Assembly (NCBI GenBank): GCA_002722615.1 | Contig: PBMQ01000020.1 | Coordinates: 26,738 to 61,353 of the forward strand | Length of the DNA stretch: 34,616 nucleotides | DNA from: Methanobacteriota archaeon | GTDB taxonomy: Archaea; Thermoplasmatota; Poseidoniia; Poseidoniales; Poseidoniaceae | Direction of reading: 5' to 3' | Shown here: one piece after another, positions 17,578 to 25,863 of the stretch | Position numbering within the stretch: the first letter of the stretch is position 1 | How the letters are laid out: each line of letters begins with the position of its first letter | Notes under the pieces: model-generated | Told to the model about the DNA's origin: nothing | The model's database searches: none | Seen by the model: the letters and a program-made list of their open reading frames with translations, nothing else | Position numbers and translations under genes: made by a program

Positions 17578-17593
17578 ATCCTGTAGGAGGGAT
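17578..17593 (+). promoter_or_regulatory. Repeated RBS hairpin, copy 3
   Basis: ATCCTGTAGGAGGGAT before ATG 17598; overlaps TAACAAGTTA (17569-17578) by 1 nt. Confidence 0.75.
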
Positions 17594-17597
17594 CGAT

Positions 17598-17822
17598 ATG
17601 CAACGCACCAGAGACTACCGAATCGCCCAGCGCAAGCGAGCACTGGCAAAGGCAAAGCGGATACTGCGTCAGAACTCAATGATTGAGTCCAGCGACGTGG
17701 AATGGCTGGCCCCACGCATGGCCGACAATCTCCGCAACTGCTCCTGCCACTTGTGTCAGGCACCAGAGAAGGCAAAGCCGCGCCTGCGGGTGACCGCCGC
17801 TGATTTACTGGAGGCCGCATGA
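17598..17822 (+). CDS. Small basic protein with CxCxxC motif
   Basis: 74 aa, CSCHLC, strong RBS. Confidence 0.65.
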   Translation: MQRTRDYRIAQRKRALAKAKRILRQNSMIESSDVEWLAPRMADNLRNCSCHLCQAPEKAKPRLRVTAADLLEAA

Positions 17823-18190
17823 AGTACAAGGTCACAGTGATTGAGTCATATGAATTGGAGGTCGAGGCCGACTCAGCAGAGGACGCTAAGAACTTCATGA
17901 TGGTCGGACAGCCGTGGGTCAGCGGCAGGCACTCAGAGGTCTGCGGCATCCCACGCCAGACCGGCTACCGCAAAACGGCATACGCCAGCATCCTGCCCCC
18001 AAAGAAACCAGCTGATGATGGGGGCTATCTCGACGTGCTGAATGAGATGGCACGGTACGAGGAATCGGACATGCGTCATGCTCCTAACTTGTTAAAGGAT
18101 TGGTACGGGATCAGCAAGGCCGAAGCGATGCGACTGTTCAACATGTGGATCAGGTCGCTGTCAGACGAAGAACAGCTGAGCCTTTTCTGA
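17819..18190 (+). CDS. Hypothetical protein
   Basis: 123 aa, GGAGG RBS, ATGA coupling. Confidence 0.65.
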   Translation: MKYKVTVIESYELEVEADSAEDAKNFMMVGQPWVSGRHSEVCGIPRQTGYRKTAYASILPPKKPADDGGYLDVLNEMARYEESDMRHAPNLLKDWYGISKAEAMRLFNMWIRSLSDEEQLSLF

Positions 18191-18252
18191 GAAATGTCCA
18201 TAGTAGATAAAGAGATTTAGACATAGGCATCAATGCCTGTTATCATCACAAC

Positions 18253-18270
18253 GTATCTGTAGGAGGATAT
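18253..18270 (+). promoter_or_regulatory. Repeated RBS hairpin, variant copy 4
   Basis: GTATCT-GTAGGA-GGATAT before ATG 18275; same loop, altered but still paired stem. Confidence 0.6.
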
Positions 18271-18274
18271 CATT

Positions 18275-18544
18275 ATGTTTTGTAGCGAATGCTCGAGATC
18301 AAACGGACATCACCCCAACTGCCCAAACGCAGAGGACATGCCTGAGCCCACCTTCACCGTCTGGCAGGTAGGCAAGGTGCCCGACACAGTGCTCAGGTCC
18401 GAAAGCGCCATGCGAAAAGCCGCCAGAGAACTGGGCTTTGACCCCAGCGTAGTCATCTCAGAGGGCGAGGCAGACATCGTAAGCGAGTGCGGGATCGTGA
18501 CGGGCGGTTGCTACGTCAACGAAGAGGGGCATGAATATGTTTAG
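18275..18544 (+). CDS. Hypothetical protein with N-terminal CxxC-H-C Zn-binding motif
   Basis: CSEC....HHPNCP; AGGAGG RBS. Confidence 0.65.
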   Translation: MFCSECSRSNGHHPNCPNAEDMPEPTFTVWQVGKVPDTVLRSESAMRKAARELGFDPSVVISEGEADIVSECGIVTGGCYVNEEGHEYV

Positions 18545-18767
18545 GCTCCCGAAGAAAAACCCGCTCAACACTGACCGGTTAGTGCGCTCTGCGATCTCAG
18601 GATCTGCCGGTGAGCCATACTGCAATCTTATCCTTGACTCGTTAGGAGTAGAGGATTACAGCCACTGGTCCCTCGACGATATTCACAAGTTCTGGGATGA
18701 CGCTAGCCAGTCTGACCTGACGGTGGCTGAGTTCATCCTGCTGAAGAAGCAGGAGGTAGCGGCATGA
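18531..18767 (+). CDS. Hypothetical protein
   Basis: 78 aa, overlaps both neighbours, GAGGGG RBS. Confidence 0.55.
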   Translation: MNMFRLPKKNPLNTDRLVRSAISGSAGEPYCNLILDSLGVEDYSHWSLDDIHKFWDDASQSDLTVAEFILLKKQEVAA

Positions 18768-19756
18768 AGCGCCCAGATTCTGACTTGATTCGCCGGTTTA
18801 TTAAGCACAAAGCCTTTAACTCTGTATCTATGACGCTCGAAGGAGTTTTCGAGTTGCCCTACTTCTATCTTTCTTACAAGAAGATGGAGGAATTTGACTT
18901 CACGACTGGCGATGATTTTCCCGACGCAACTGACGGCACACTGTTGGGAAACCCCGTCAAGGTAATTGAAAAAAAGCACAATGGTGTGGATGTGGTTAGG
19001 TCTTACGCGCATAGCGCAGAGTTTGTCTATGACGAGTTTGTATTGTCAGCCAAAACGGAGGTACAGCTAGAACTCCACGACTCTTCTATCCAGACGGCAC
19101 CTGTCAATTACTGGGGCGTTATCAAGGCATCTCACGATCACACGAACTTTGTCGATTCGATTTTATTGTTTATCGAATACCCAGAGGCTCCAAGACAGAT
19201 TGTAATCTGGGAGGGTTGGGCAAAATCAAATGATGGAAAGATAGACATGGTGATGGATCCTGAGTACGAAAAATATATGAGAACGTGGTATCAAAGTCTG
19301 GTTAATGGCGCCTATGCTGTCGAAGGCGGGTTCGACAAGTATATGAGCGGTATTACGAATCAGGCCGCTCAGTGGTATTTGTTTATTTGCAAACTGATGT
19401 CTCATATTAAGTACGGCGACAAGCACGTCGTCGAAGTAACTCCTACTCCTGACAAGTTAGCAAAAGCAAAGCGGAACCCCGTGAACCGCAAGCGTCCGTG
19501 GGCCAAGTCAAGTGGGCCTCATGTCTTGCTGTTGGATCGGATGCCGACAGAAAAGACGGAGTCTACAGGTACGCACGCTAGTCCAAAGCCACACAAGCGG
19601 CGAGGCTACTGGAAAACACTGCGAGACCCACGGTTTCGTCACCACCCGCAGTATCAAAAGCATATTTTTGTGAAGCCCTGTTTTGTGGGCGAAAAACAAG
19701 TCACATACGAAGGCAACATTTACCGGCTCGTCGAGCCACTGGAGGGGGAAGCATGA
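18764..19756 (+). CDS. Hypothetical protein with basic HASP-x-H-x-RRG C-terminal motif
   Basis: 330 aa; GTHASPKPHKRRGYWK...FVKPCFVG, a recurrent uncharacterised phage motif; AGGAGG RBS. Confidence 0.7.
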   Translation: MKRPDSDLIRRFIKHKAFNSVSMTLEGVFELPYFYLSYKKMEEFDFTTGDDFPDATDGTLLGNPVKVIEKKHNGVDVVRSYAHSAEFVYDEFVLSAKTEVQLELHDSSIQTAPVNYWGVIKASHDHTNFVDSILLFIEYPEAPRQIVIWEGWAKSNDGKIDMVMDPEYEKYMRTWYQSLVNGAYAVEGGFDKYMSGITNQAAQWYLFICKLMSHIKYGDKHVVEVTPTPDKLAKAKRNPVNRKRPWAKSSGPHVLLLDRMPTEKTESTGTHASPKPHKRRGYWKTLRDPRFRHHPQYQKHIFVKPCFVGEKQVTYEGNIYRLVEPLEGEA

Positions 19757-19905
19757 AAGCTACCTTGTTTATCGTGCTGATTGTACTGGCACTGGGCATA
19801 GTGGGAGAGGATGACTATCAGCAGGAAATTGCTGATGTTCGCCACTACTGCGAAATGGTGGGGTCAGGTGTCTGGCCTGACTTCAACAATAACGTGAACT
19901 GTTAG
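19753..19905 (+). CDS. Small membrane-anchored or exported protein (50 aa)
   Basis: Hand-translated MKATLFIVLIVLALGIVGEDDYQQEIADVRHYCEMVGSGVWPDFNNNVNC; ATGA coupling, GGAGG RBS. Confidence 0.65.
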   Translation: MKATLFIVLIVLALGIVGEDDYQQEIADVRHYCEMVGSGVWPDFNNNVNC

Positions 19906-19914
19906 GAGTAATAC

Positions 19915-20274
19915 ATGGCAAAGTATCGACGCAAAAGCAAAAGATGGTCACCTCGCGAAGACGCGGTGCTCATTTCTGGAATACAGAACGAAAAACCCTA
20001 CGAAGAGATTGGCGGTGAGCTTGGAAGAACAGCCTCCTCCGTCGCCCAAAGAATTTATTCTTTGCGACACAAATCTCTAGCCATCCCGCCGCTGGCCAAG
20101 GCAAAGCCACAAAAAGCGGTAAGGCGGGTAGAGCCTGTCATCAAGGCATCGGAGCCAGAGATCAAAGCTATTGCGGATGACAACCGCATTTGGCTGGCAA
20201 TGGCTAGCGGGGTAACCAGCGCCTTCCTCTCACTTGCCACCCTCGTAGTCATCTTGATTGCCTTGATGACATGA
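19915..20274 (+). CDS. Myb/GcrA-like HTH protein with C-terminal transmembrane helix
   Basis: WSPREDAVL...EIGGELGRTASSV; hydrophobic C-terminus; AGGAG RBS. Confidence 0.65.
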   Translation: MAKYRRKSKRWSPREDAVLISGIQNEKPYEEIGGELGRTASSVAQRIYSLRHKSLAIPPLAKAKPQKAVRRVEPVIKASEPEIKAIADDNRIWLAMASGVTSAFLSLATLVVILIALMT

Positions 20275-20435
20275 ATGCATATGACGCATTTGTCTTAGCG
20301 TCTGTTCTTTCGATTGGGGCACCGACAAATCAGCAAGCCAGACAGGCGGCACAGATAGCCAAAAGCATTGCTTTAGAGTTGAGTCCACTGCAAATTCAAA
20401 AGGGCAGAGAGGAGGCTATGAGTGTCATCGGATGA
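20271..20435 (+). CDS. Small hypothetical protein (54 aa)
   Basis: Hand-translated MNAYDAFVLASVLSIGAPTNQQARQAAQIAKSIA...; ATGA coupling; fills the gap between neighbours. Confidence 0.55.
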   Translation: MNAYDAFVLASVLSIGAPTNQQARQAAQIAKSIALELSPLQIQKGREEAMSVIG

Positions 20436-20604
20436 CGCACAGATAGCTGTGGAAGAGGCTATGTTACAGGCTGAAATTCTGGGCGAGGATGTGGCAATCA
20501 TGTCCGACCTCAGCGTTCAGCGGCTACGAAATACCACGGGCGCCGTGCTGGAGATAGTGCGGTGCCCCGCCCCTTTGAAAAGGCAAGATGGTGCCGTAGA
20601 CTGA
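20422..20604 (+). CDS. Small hypothetical protein
   Basis: 60 aa, GTG start with GGAGG RBS. Confidence 0.55.
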   Translation: MSSDDAQIAVEEAMLQAEILGEDVAIMSDLSVQRLRNTTGAVLEIVRCPAPLKRQDGAVD

Positions 20605-20686
20605 AGCTAGGGGGACACTCCTACACGGCGTGCGGCGGCGTCGATAGAGTTTACGCATTCCCCCGATCCTTGTGATTAGCGTACTC

Positions 20687-21166
20687 TCAACCGCCGCTCT
20701 TTAAATGCCTTACCGGATTCTTACCACCGGACATACGCCGCTCAGCAATCCAGCCCAGCCCCTTTTTTAGGGTGAGAAGCCTTTCTTTTGATGCAGAAAT
20801 GTCCCACCCATGGACCACCACCTCCTCGACAAGATACCTAGCATAGTCGCCATATCGCCTACCGACTAGTCTTAAAGTCTTTCCGTACCGCATCAAGGCG
20901 TCAGACGCCATCGAGTCTGGATTTGCATCTCCTGACCCCGCCTCGTACCTGAGGGGCTTGGAAAAGATGCCGGCCTTCACCGCCTGACTCAGAATATACT
21001 CTCCAGCTTGGTGCTCACCCAAGGTCAGTAAACCGTCCATGAGATATCTGTCAATCACATTCTGATCCATGACTTTGGCGCGAGGCATCGTGCCGCCCTC
21101 CACCATGACGGCGTGGCGCTTGTGTATCTCTTTTGTGCCTAAGTCTGTGTGTAACTTGTCAGTCAT
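20687..21166 (-). CDS. DUF6456-like protein, possible transcriptional regulator
   Basis: IDRYLMDGLLTLGEHQAGE motif and helical C-terminus; downstream of the helicase. Function is inferred. Confidence 0.5.
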   Translation of the reverse strand: MTDKLHTDLGTKEIHKRHAVMVEGGTMPRAKVMDQNVIDRYLMDGLLTLGEHQAGEYILSQAVKAGIFSKPLRYEAGSGDANPDSMASDALMRYGKTLRLVGRRYGDYARYLVEEVVVHGWDISASKERLLTLKKGLGWIAERRMSGGKNPVRHLKSGG

Positions 21167-21235
21167 ACGAAATGTCCCCGGACCCGGAAATTGTCCCCGG
21201 ATAATAAAAACTCTGCTGAGAACTTGTTAACAGTA

Positions 21236-22984
21236 CTAGAACTCATCGAAGTCATCCCATGCCCTGCCCCGCAATTTAGACAGGCTCGTGGTCGGCGGAT
21301 CTGGATCGGGTGTCCTCTCGGTGTATGTACCGTTAAACATGTTATAGCTAAGATGTGCTACGCCCTGAGATCCCACCCACTTGAATCTTGATTTCCAACA
21401 GTGTATCTCGACGCATTCATCTGTTCTGTGAACTGTCACACCTAGATCAGCCTTGGCAAACCATGCGGCAGAGCCTGAAATATTCATGCCCTTGGGGACT
21501 GCGTAGGTGCCATCCTCACGGGGGTACATCTTCTGGGGGTGCGCGACAAACCAGACGTGAATGCCATGCGCTTTGGCAAAGCTGGTGATTCGGGTCAGCA
21601 TCTGAGAAATGTTGCTGTGTTCTTCCTGACTGCTAGATTCTATGTAGTTGTACGGGTCGATGATGAGACCCCGCACGCCCATACGCATGACCGCCTGCTT
21701 GGCCCTATCGATAATTGAGTCAATCGTGCTGAGGCCACCGTCCTTGCTTTCAAGGAAGACAAAGTGATCGTTTATAAACTCGACAGCCTCACCTAGCTCA
21801 TCCTCTGTCATTCTCTCGCTAAGTCCGGTGTAAAACGGCTTGCCTGATACCTTTTCAGCCAGCTTGGCGATGTGCATATGTGGCGGGTTTTCAAACGAAC
21901 AGACCGCAAACTTCCACGATTCACGTTTAGCAAGGTTGATCATAATCTGATCGATAAACTCAGACTTTCCTGAGCTTGGCATCCCCGTCACAACAGACAA
22001 CTGGCCCTCAGCAACGGTAAATAACTCGTCAATCGAGTCAAATCCCGTCGAGGCGCCCCGCCCGTGACCGTTCTGGTAGATGTCCTTGACTGCATCCATG
22101 TACTCGCTGACACCATACACACCAGACAAGGGTATCGGCTCAGGGTTGTCGAAGATCCTGCGGGTTTCTTCGGCTCCTAACTTGTCAACAGCATCGTTTG
22201 CATCTTTGGCGCCCTTGGGGAATTTGACCCTCCAGCACTTTGCTCTGCCCACTCGGCGCGCAATCTCCTCTGCCAGCGCCTCGCCAGCCTCATCGCTATC
22301 TGTCGCCAGAACAATCTTCTTGCACCGATCTAATCGCTCGCGTTCATTCCACACAAACGCAAACTTTTTATCCTCCTCAGGATCTACCCTGTTGTGCGAT
22401 ACCTTTATCGGCGCCCCATTTGGGCAGGAAACGGCCTTGATTCCGATGCTGGCTAGAGCAATGACATCACACTCCCCCTCAACTATCGTTAACTCTTCAG
22501 CCTCTTCCTCTATGTTTTCGATGCCGTAAAAGGATCTTGGTGCGCCATCGCAGGTAAACCCCTTGCCCTCTACAGATCGCCACTTAATTGCCGTTGGCGA
22601 CTCCCGTGTGCCGTACACAAAACCAACCGCCTGCTTCTCCTCGCCCCCAAACCACTTGGTGCCGGTGGTCATCAGGGGTAGGTCATTGATGTCGTTGATT
22701 TTTACCCCTCGGGAGGAAAAGAAGTTCTTAACAAGTTCTACATTATCGTTTAGCTGTGTGGGTATCTTTACTACTTTACTTTGTGTCATATGAGCCTCGT
22801 AAAATTTTTCACGCCTGTAAGACCCAGACAAACCGCAATGGTGGCAGTGGTAAAGGGTATGGTCTGGCTTAACGGTGATTGAAAGTGTCTTTATAGTTTT
22901 CTTTTTGCGTGCATCTGAGCAGTCTGGGCAACGCTCTCTGGCATCTTGATTATGACTCAGGATGAAGTCTTTCAAGCTGTCCAT
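21236..22984 (-). CDS. Bifunctional primase-helicase (T7 gp4/Twinkle-like)
   Basis: Zn finger CPDC...CHHC; TOPRIM IVEGECD, ATDSDEAG, KDAND; SF4 helicase GMPSSGKS, IIDPYN, FVAHP, ISGS. Confidence 0.92.
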   Translation of the reverse strand: MDSLKDFILSHNQDARERCPDCSDARKKKTIKTLSITVKPDHTLYHCHHCGLSGSYRREKFYEAHMTQSKVVKIPTQLNDNVELVKNFFSSRGVKINDINDLPLMTTGTKWFGGEEKQAVGFVYGTRESPTAIKWRSVEGKGFTCDGAPRSFYGIENIEEEAEELTIVEGECDVIALASIGIKAVSCPNGAPIKVSHNRVDPEEDKKFAFVWNERERLDRCKKIVLATDSDEAGEALAEEIARRVGRAKCWRVKFPKGAKDANDAVDKLGAEETRRIFDNPEPIPLSGVYGVSEYMDAVKDIYQNGHGRGASTGFDSIDELFTVAEGQLSVVTGMPSSGKSEFIDQIMINLAKRESWKFAVCSFENPPHMHIAKLAEKVSGKPFYTGLSERMTEDELGEAVEFINDHFVFLESKDGGLSTIDSIIDRAKQAVMRMGVRGLIIDPYNYIESSSQEEHSNISQMLTRITSFAKAHGIHVWFVAHPQKMYPREDGTYAVPKGMNISGSAAWFAKADLGVTVHRTDECVEIHCWKSRFKWVGSQGVAHLSYNMFNGTYTERTPDPDPPTTSLSKLRGRAWDDFDEF

Positions 22985-23020
22985 CTGTTTGACTACCTCC
23001 TACTTGTATGATATTGGTAG

Positions 23021-23095
23021 CCCTAGGACTGTACTAGACTAGAACCTTCCTATTTAAAATAGGTATATATCTAGACTAGAACCTTCCTAGGGAAG
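23021..23095. repeat. CTAG-rich array 2, candidate replication origin
   Basis: 6 CTAG; 19-bp direct repeat CTAGACTAGAACCTTCCTA (23034, 23071); AT-rich inverted repeat CCTATTT-A-AAATAGG; just upstream of the primase-helicase. Confidence 0.75.
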
Positions 23096-23111
23096 TTACT
23101 CTTTGAGCTTC

Positions 23112-23134
23112 AGCCCCCGCTAGGGGGCTTTTTT
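23112..23134 (+). terminator. Rho-independent terminator, U-tract on the plus strand
   Basis: AGCCCCC-GCTA-GGGGGCT followed by a T run. Confidence 0.65.
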
Positions 23135-23384
23135 ATGCGCACTGAAACAACTCTTCCATCACCATTTCAGCAACAACCCTCTGTTGCGTCCGGCTCAAGC
23201 AGAGCATTTCGTCTAGTGCGTCTTGCAGGCCAACGGGGTAACCCGCCAGCCGGCAGTGATAAGAAAAAGCGTTAGATTTCAGATAGTTAATGGCGGCATC
23301 ACGGTCAACTTGCTGGTTACAAACCAAGTCTTTGATGGCCTGAAGGATGACCTTGCTATACACAATTTTATAGGTGTCTGACAA
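23133..23384 (-). CDS. Conserved hypothetical phage protein
   Basis: 83 aa, VILQAIKDL...F..HCRLAG pattern. Confidence 0.6.
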   Translation of the reverse strand: MSDTYKIVYSKVILQAIKDLVCNQQVDRDAAINYLKSNAFSYHCRLAGYPVGLQDALDEMLCLSRTQQRVVAEMVMEELFQCA

Positions 23385-23724
23385 TGATCTCTGCGCGTGG
23401 ATTTTCCTTGTCCACTCCCCCCCAATAAATATGCTTTTCTTTCACCTGCCTATCGTTTTTATACACGAAGCCTTGCATCACGTCCAGAATCAGTGACTCG
23501 TCTAGGTCGGGGCGTCTGGATTTATAGTAAATTTTAATGGTTACTGAAAGGTCGCCATCAAGAAGCGGGTCCATCTTTTTACATTGCTCGTGAAACATCT
23601 TGACGTACCCCAACGCTTTCTTTGACTTGATAACCATTGGGGCGCCAGCCCTGCTCTTAACAATTCTGCGGCTGTTGGCTTTGCTACACGGCTCTCCTGC
23701 AATTACCATACTTACCTTTGACAT
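23368..23724 (-). CDS. RusA-like Holliday junction resolvase
   Basis: PCSKANSR, RRPDLD...ILDVMQ...NDRQV, DKENPRAEI; AGGAG RBS. Confidence 0.8.
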   Translation of the reverse strand: MSKVSMVIAGEPCSKANSRRIVKSRAGAPMVIKSKKALGYVKMFHEQCKKMDPLLDGDLSVTIKIYYKSRRPDLDESLILDVMQGFVYKNDRQVKEKHIYWGGVDKENPRAEIIVRHL

Positions 23725-23746
23725 ATATCGACTCCTACGTTAGCAT
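23718..23746 (+). promoter_or_regulatory. Sigma70 promoter for the recombination operon
   Basis: TTGACA (23718-23723), 17-nt spacer, TAGCAT (23741-23746) in the divergent gap; overlaps the RusA-like start codon. Confidence 0.7.
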
Positions 23747-23775
23747 CCGTTCTCCACATTGAGGAGTGTATCACG

Positions 23776-24033
23776 ATGAGCAAAATGGGACGTTATGTCT
23801 TTGATCTACAGATGGCTGAGGAGGCCGAGTTTTATGGACATCCAGATAGAAAAGCACGTACCAATCCCCAAGCGGACAAAGATACCGGACCTGCCGCTGG
23901 CAGAGATGGAGATCGGCGACTCTTTTGTGGCACCCATCAACGCGAGCGAGCAGACGGAGGTCAGAGCACTCCGACAGCGGATCTCCCGATGGCAACGGGA
24001 CCGACTCCCTGTGAGATTCTCCGTCGTTCGTGA
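23776..24033 (+). CDS. Hypothetical ORF overlapping the next gene
   Basis: Strong GAGGAG RBS and plausible N-terminus MSKMGRYVFDLQ; last 200 nt overlap 23834..24067 in another frame. Confidence 0.4.
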   Translation: MSKMGRYVFDLQMAEEAEFYGHPDRKARTNPQADKDTGPAAGRDGDRRLFCGTHQRERADGGQSTPTADLPMATGPTPCEILRRS

Positions 24034-24067
24034 CGGCGAGCAGATGAGAGTCTTCCGAATCGCGTGA
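23834..24067 (+). CDS. Small putative DNA-binding protein
   Basis: IQIEKHVPIP...LPLAEMEIGDSF...MRVFRI family pattern; start set to ATG 23834. Confidence 0.7.
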   Translation: MDIQIEKHVPIPKRTKIPDLPLAEMEIGDSFVAPINASEQTEVRALRQRISRWQRDRLPVRFSVVRDGEQMRVFRIA

Positions 24068-24936
24068 AAGTCACCAACCACACAAACTTACCTGAGCCTG
24101 TATTCAAGGCGCTGACGCACAGTGACTATTCAAGGGGTCACAGCAACCGCTCAGTCACCCAGCTGATAGACAGCCCCCGTGTACGCATTCTCCGCAAGGA
24201 GCATGACGACGAGATCACGGAGGATGTGTCTGACATGTTGTGGAGTGTATTGGGCACGTCAGTACACACTATGTTTGAAAGGCATCAACCGGAGGGGCAT
24301 ATCGTTGAAGAGCGTTTGTTTGCTGAGGTTGACGGGTGGAGTATCAGTGGGGCGATTGATTTACAGCGTTCAGAGGCTGACGGCACCATGACCATCATGG
24401 ATTACAAATGCACCTCAGTGTGGTCTGTGATTCATGGCAAGGTTGAATGGCACAAGCAACTTAATTTTTACGCATGGCTCGCCGAACAGAAGGACGGGGT
24501 CAAGGTGATTGGCTTGCAGATTATTGCTGTCCTCCGTGACTGGCAAAGAGCTAAGTCCAAGATTGAAACCAACTACCCGCTAGCACCAATTGTCATTGTC
24601 GATGTTCCGCTTTGGCCTGCGGAGGAGAGGGATCGTTATGTCCGCCAAAGGGTAAAGATTCATCAGGAAGCAGAGTACGAGCGGCTGACAGGCGGTCACA
24701 TACCCCGCTGTAGTGATGAGGAGCAATGGAAGCGCGCAGACACCTTTGCTGTCAAAAAAAGGGGTAACAAACGTGCTCTGCGCGTATTTGACAGCATGGC
24801 AGAGGCCGAAACCTTTGCGGGGGAGGCGGCAGAGCGCGAAATAGAAGAGCGCAGGGGTAAGCGCGTCCGGTGCGAAGACAACTGGTGCCGCGTGGCGCAG
24901 TGGTGTGAGCAATACGAAAACGAGGCATGGTCATGA
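24064..24936 (+). CDS. PD-(D/E)XK (Cas4/RecB-like) exonuclease
   Basis: GTSVH, ISGAID, IMDYK, QLNFY, C-terminal Cys cluster RCEDNWCRVAQWC. Confidence 0.85.
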   Translation: MKVTNHTNLPEPVFKALTHSDYSRGHSNRSVTQLIDSPRVRILRKEHDDEITEDVSDMLWSVLGTSVHTMFERHQPEGHIVEERLFAEVDGWSISGAIDLQRSEADGTMTIMDYKCTSVWSVIHGKVEWHKQLNFYAWLAEQKDGVKVIGLQIIAVLRDWQRAKSKIETNYPLAPIVIVDVPLWPAEERDRYVRQRVKIHQEAEYERLTGGHIPRCSDEEQWKRADTFAVKKRGNKRALRVFDSMAEAETFAGEAAEREIEERRGKRVRCEDNWCRVAQWCEQYENEAWS

Positions 24937-25154
24937 TCCAGACTGATCCCGAGTTCTACCGCAAGGTTGTCGCACTGAATCAGATAACCACGCACAAGTT
25001 TAAGATAACCGTTAGCGGAGATAATATTAGGTTTTATATCGGCGACAAGTACGCTGGTGACATGAACTCAGGACTGTTTTTCAAGCTAACGCCCAGTGAG
25101 ATTCTCAAAACGATAGGAGTGAACAATGACCACAAAAAAAGCTGGCTCTACTGA
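24927..25154 (+). CDS. Hypothetical protein
   Basis: About 75 aa, fills the gap between the nuclease and Sak-like genes; start may be 24933. Confidence 0.55.
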   Translation: MVMIQTDPEFYRKVVALNQITTHKFKITVSGDNIRFYIGDKYAGDMNSGLFFKLTPSEILKTIGVNNDHKKSWLY

Positions 25155-25863
25155 GCCGACTTACGCAAGCGTCTGGAAAACGCTGAGTCAGATAGACTGC
25201 TCTGACAAAGCAGAAAATAAGAACGGACTGACCTACCTTTCGTGGGCGTGGGCGTGGGGCATCCTGATGGAGCATTACCCAGAAGCCACATATCAGTTCC
25301 TCAATGAGGAGTGGGATAGTGAGGGCCATGCCACTGTTTGGTGTAGCGTCAAGATAGGCGAGCTAGACCGCCTTATGTGGCTTCCCGTGATGGATTACAA
25401 GAACAAGGCTATCGTGAAGCCCGACACCAGAGCGGTCTCTGATACTCGTATGCGGTGTCTAACTAAGTGTCTGGCGATGTACGGGCTGGGCCACTATATC
25501 TATGCTGGCGAAGACCTTCCTGCCAGCAGTGACGCCGTGGAGGAGAAGCCTGCCCCTAAGGAAAAGCCCAAGCCGAAAGCAAAGGCCAAGCCCAAGGCAG
25601 AGCCAAAAACGGAGACGCAAGCAGAGCCTCTGCCTGACCACATTGGAGATGAAGAAGAAGCGGAGGGGGTTCTTGGTTTTCTGTGCGGTACTGCTGACAA
25701 GTTTGCAGGAAAAACAGAGGGCGAGCTAATCGAATGGTGGCAATACCCTGAAACCAAGAAAGCGGCAGACCTGCTTGATCAGGGATACCCAGAACATTAC
25801 AAGCAACTCATGGCGCATTTGTCTGCGCTACGAGCATCATTAAAGGAGAGTAACGATGAGTAA
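25126..25863 (+). CDS. Sak-like (DUF1071, Rad52-related) single-strand annealing protein
   Basis: LTYLSWAWAW, LPVMDYKNK, MRCLTKCLAMYGLGHYIYAGEDLP. Confidence 0.88.
   Translation: MTTKKAGSTEPTYASVWKTLSQIDCSDKAENKNGLTYLSWAWAWGILMEHYPEATYQFLNEEWDSEGHATVWCSVKIGELDRLMWLPVMDYKNKAIVKPDTRAVSDTRMRCLTKCLAMYGLGHYIYAGEDLPASSDAVEEKPAPKEKPKPKAKAKPKAEPKTETQAEPLPDHIGDEEEAEGVLGFLCGTADKFAGKTEGELIEWWQYPETKKAADLLDQGYPEHYKQLMAHLSALRASLKESNDE

Noticed and set aside
20605-20686. Possible tRNA or structured RNA in the convergent gap (GGGGGA...TCCCCC)
   Set aside because: No T-loop or D-loop consensus and no cloverleaf; only a short closing stem.
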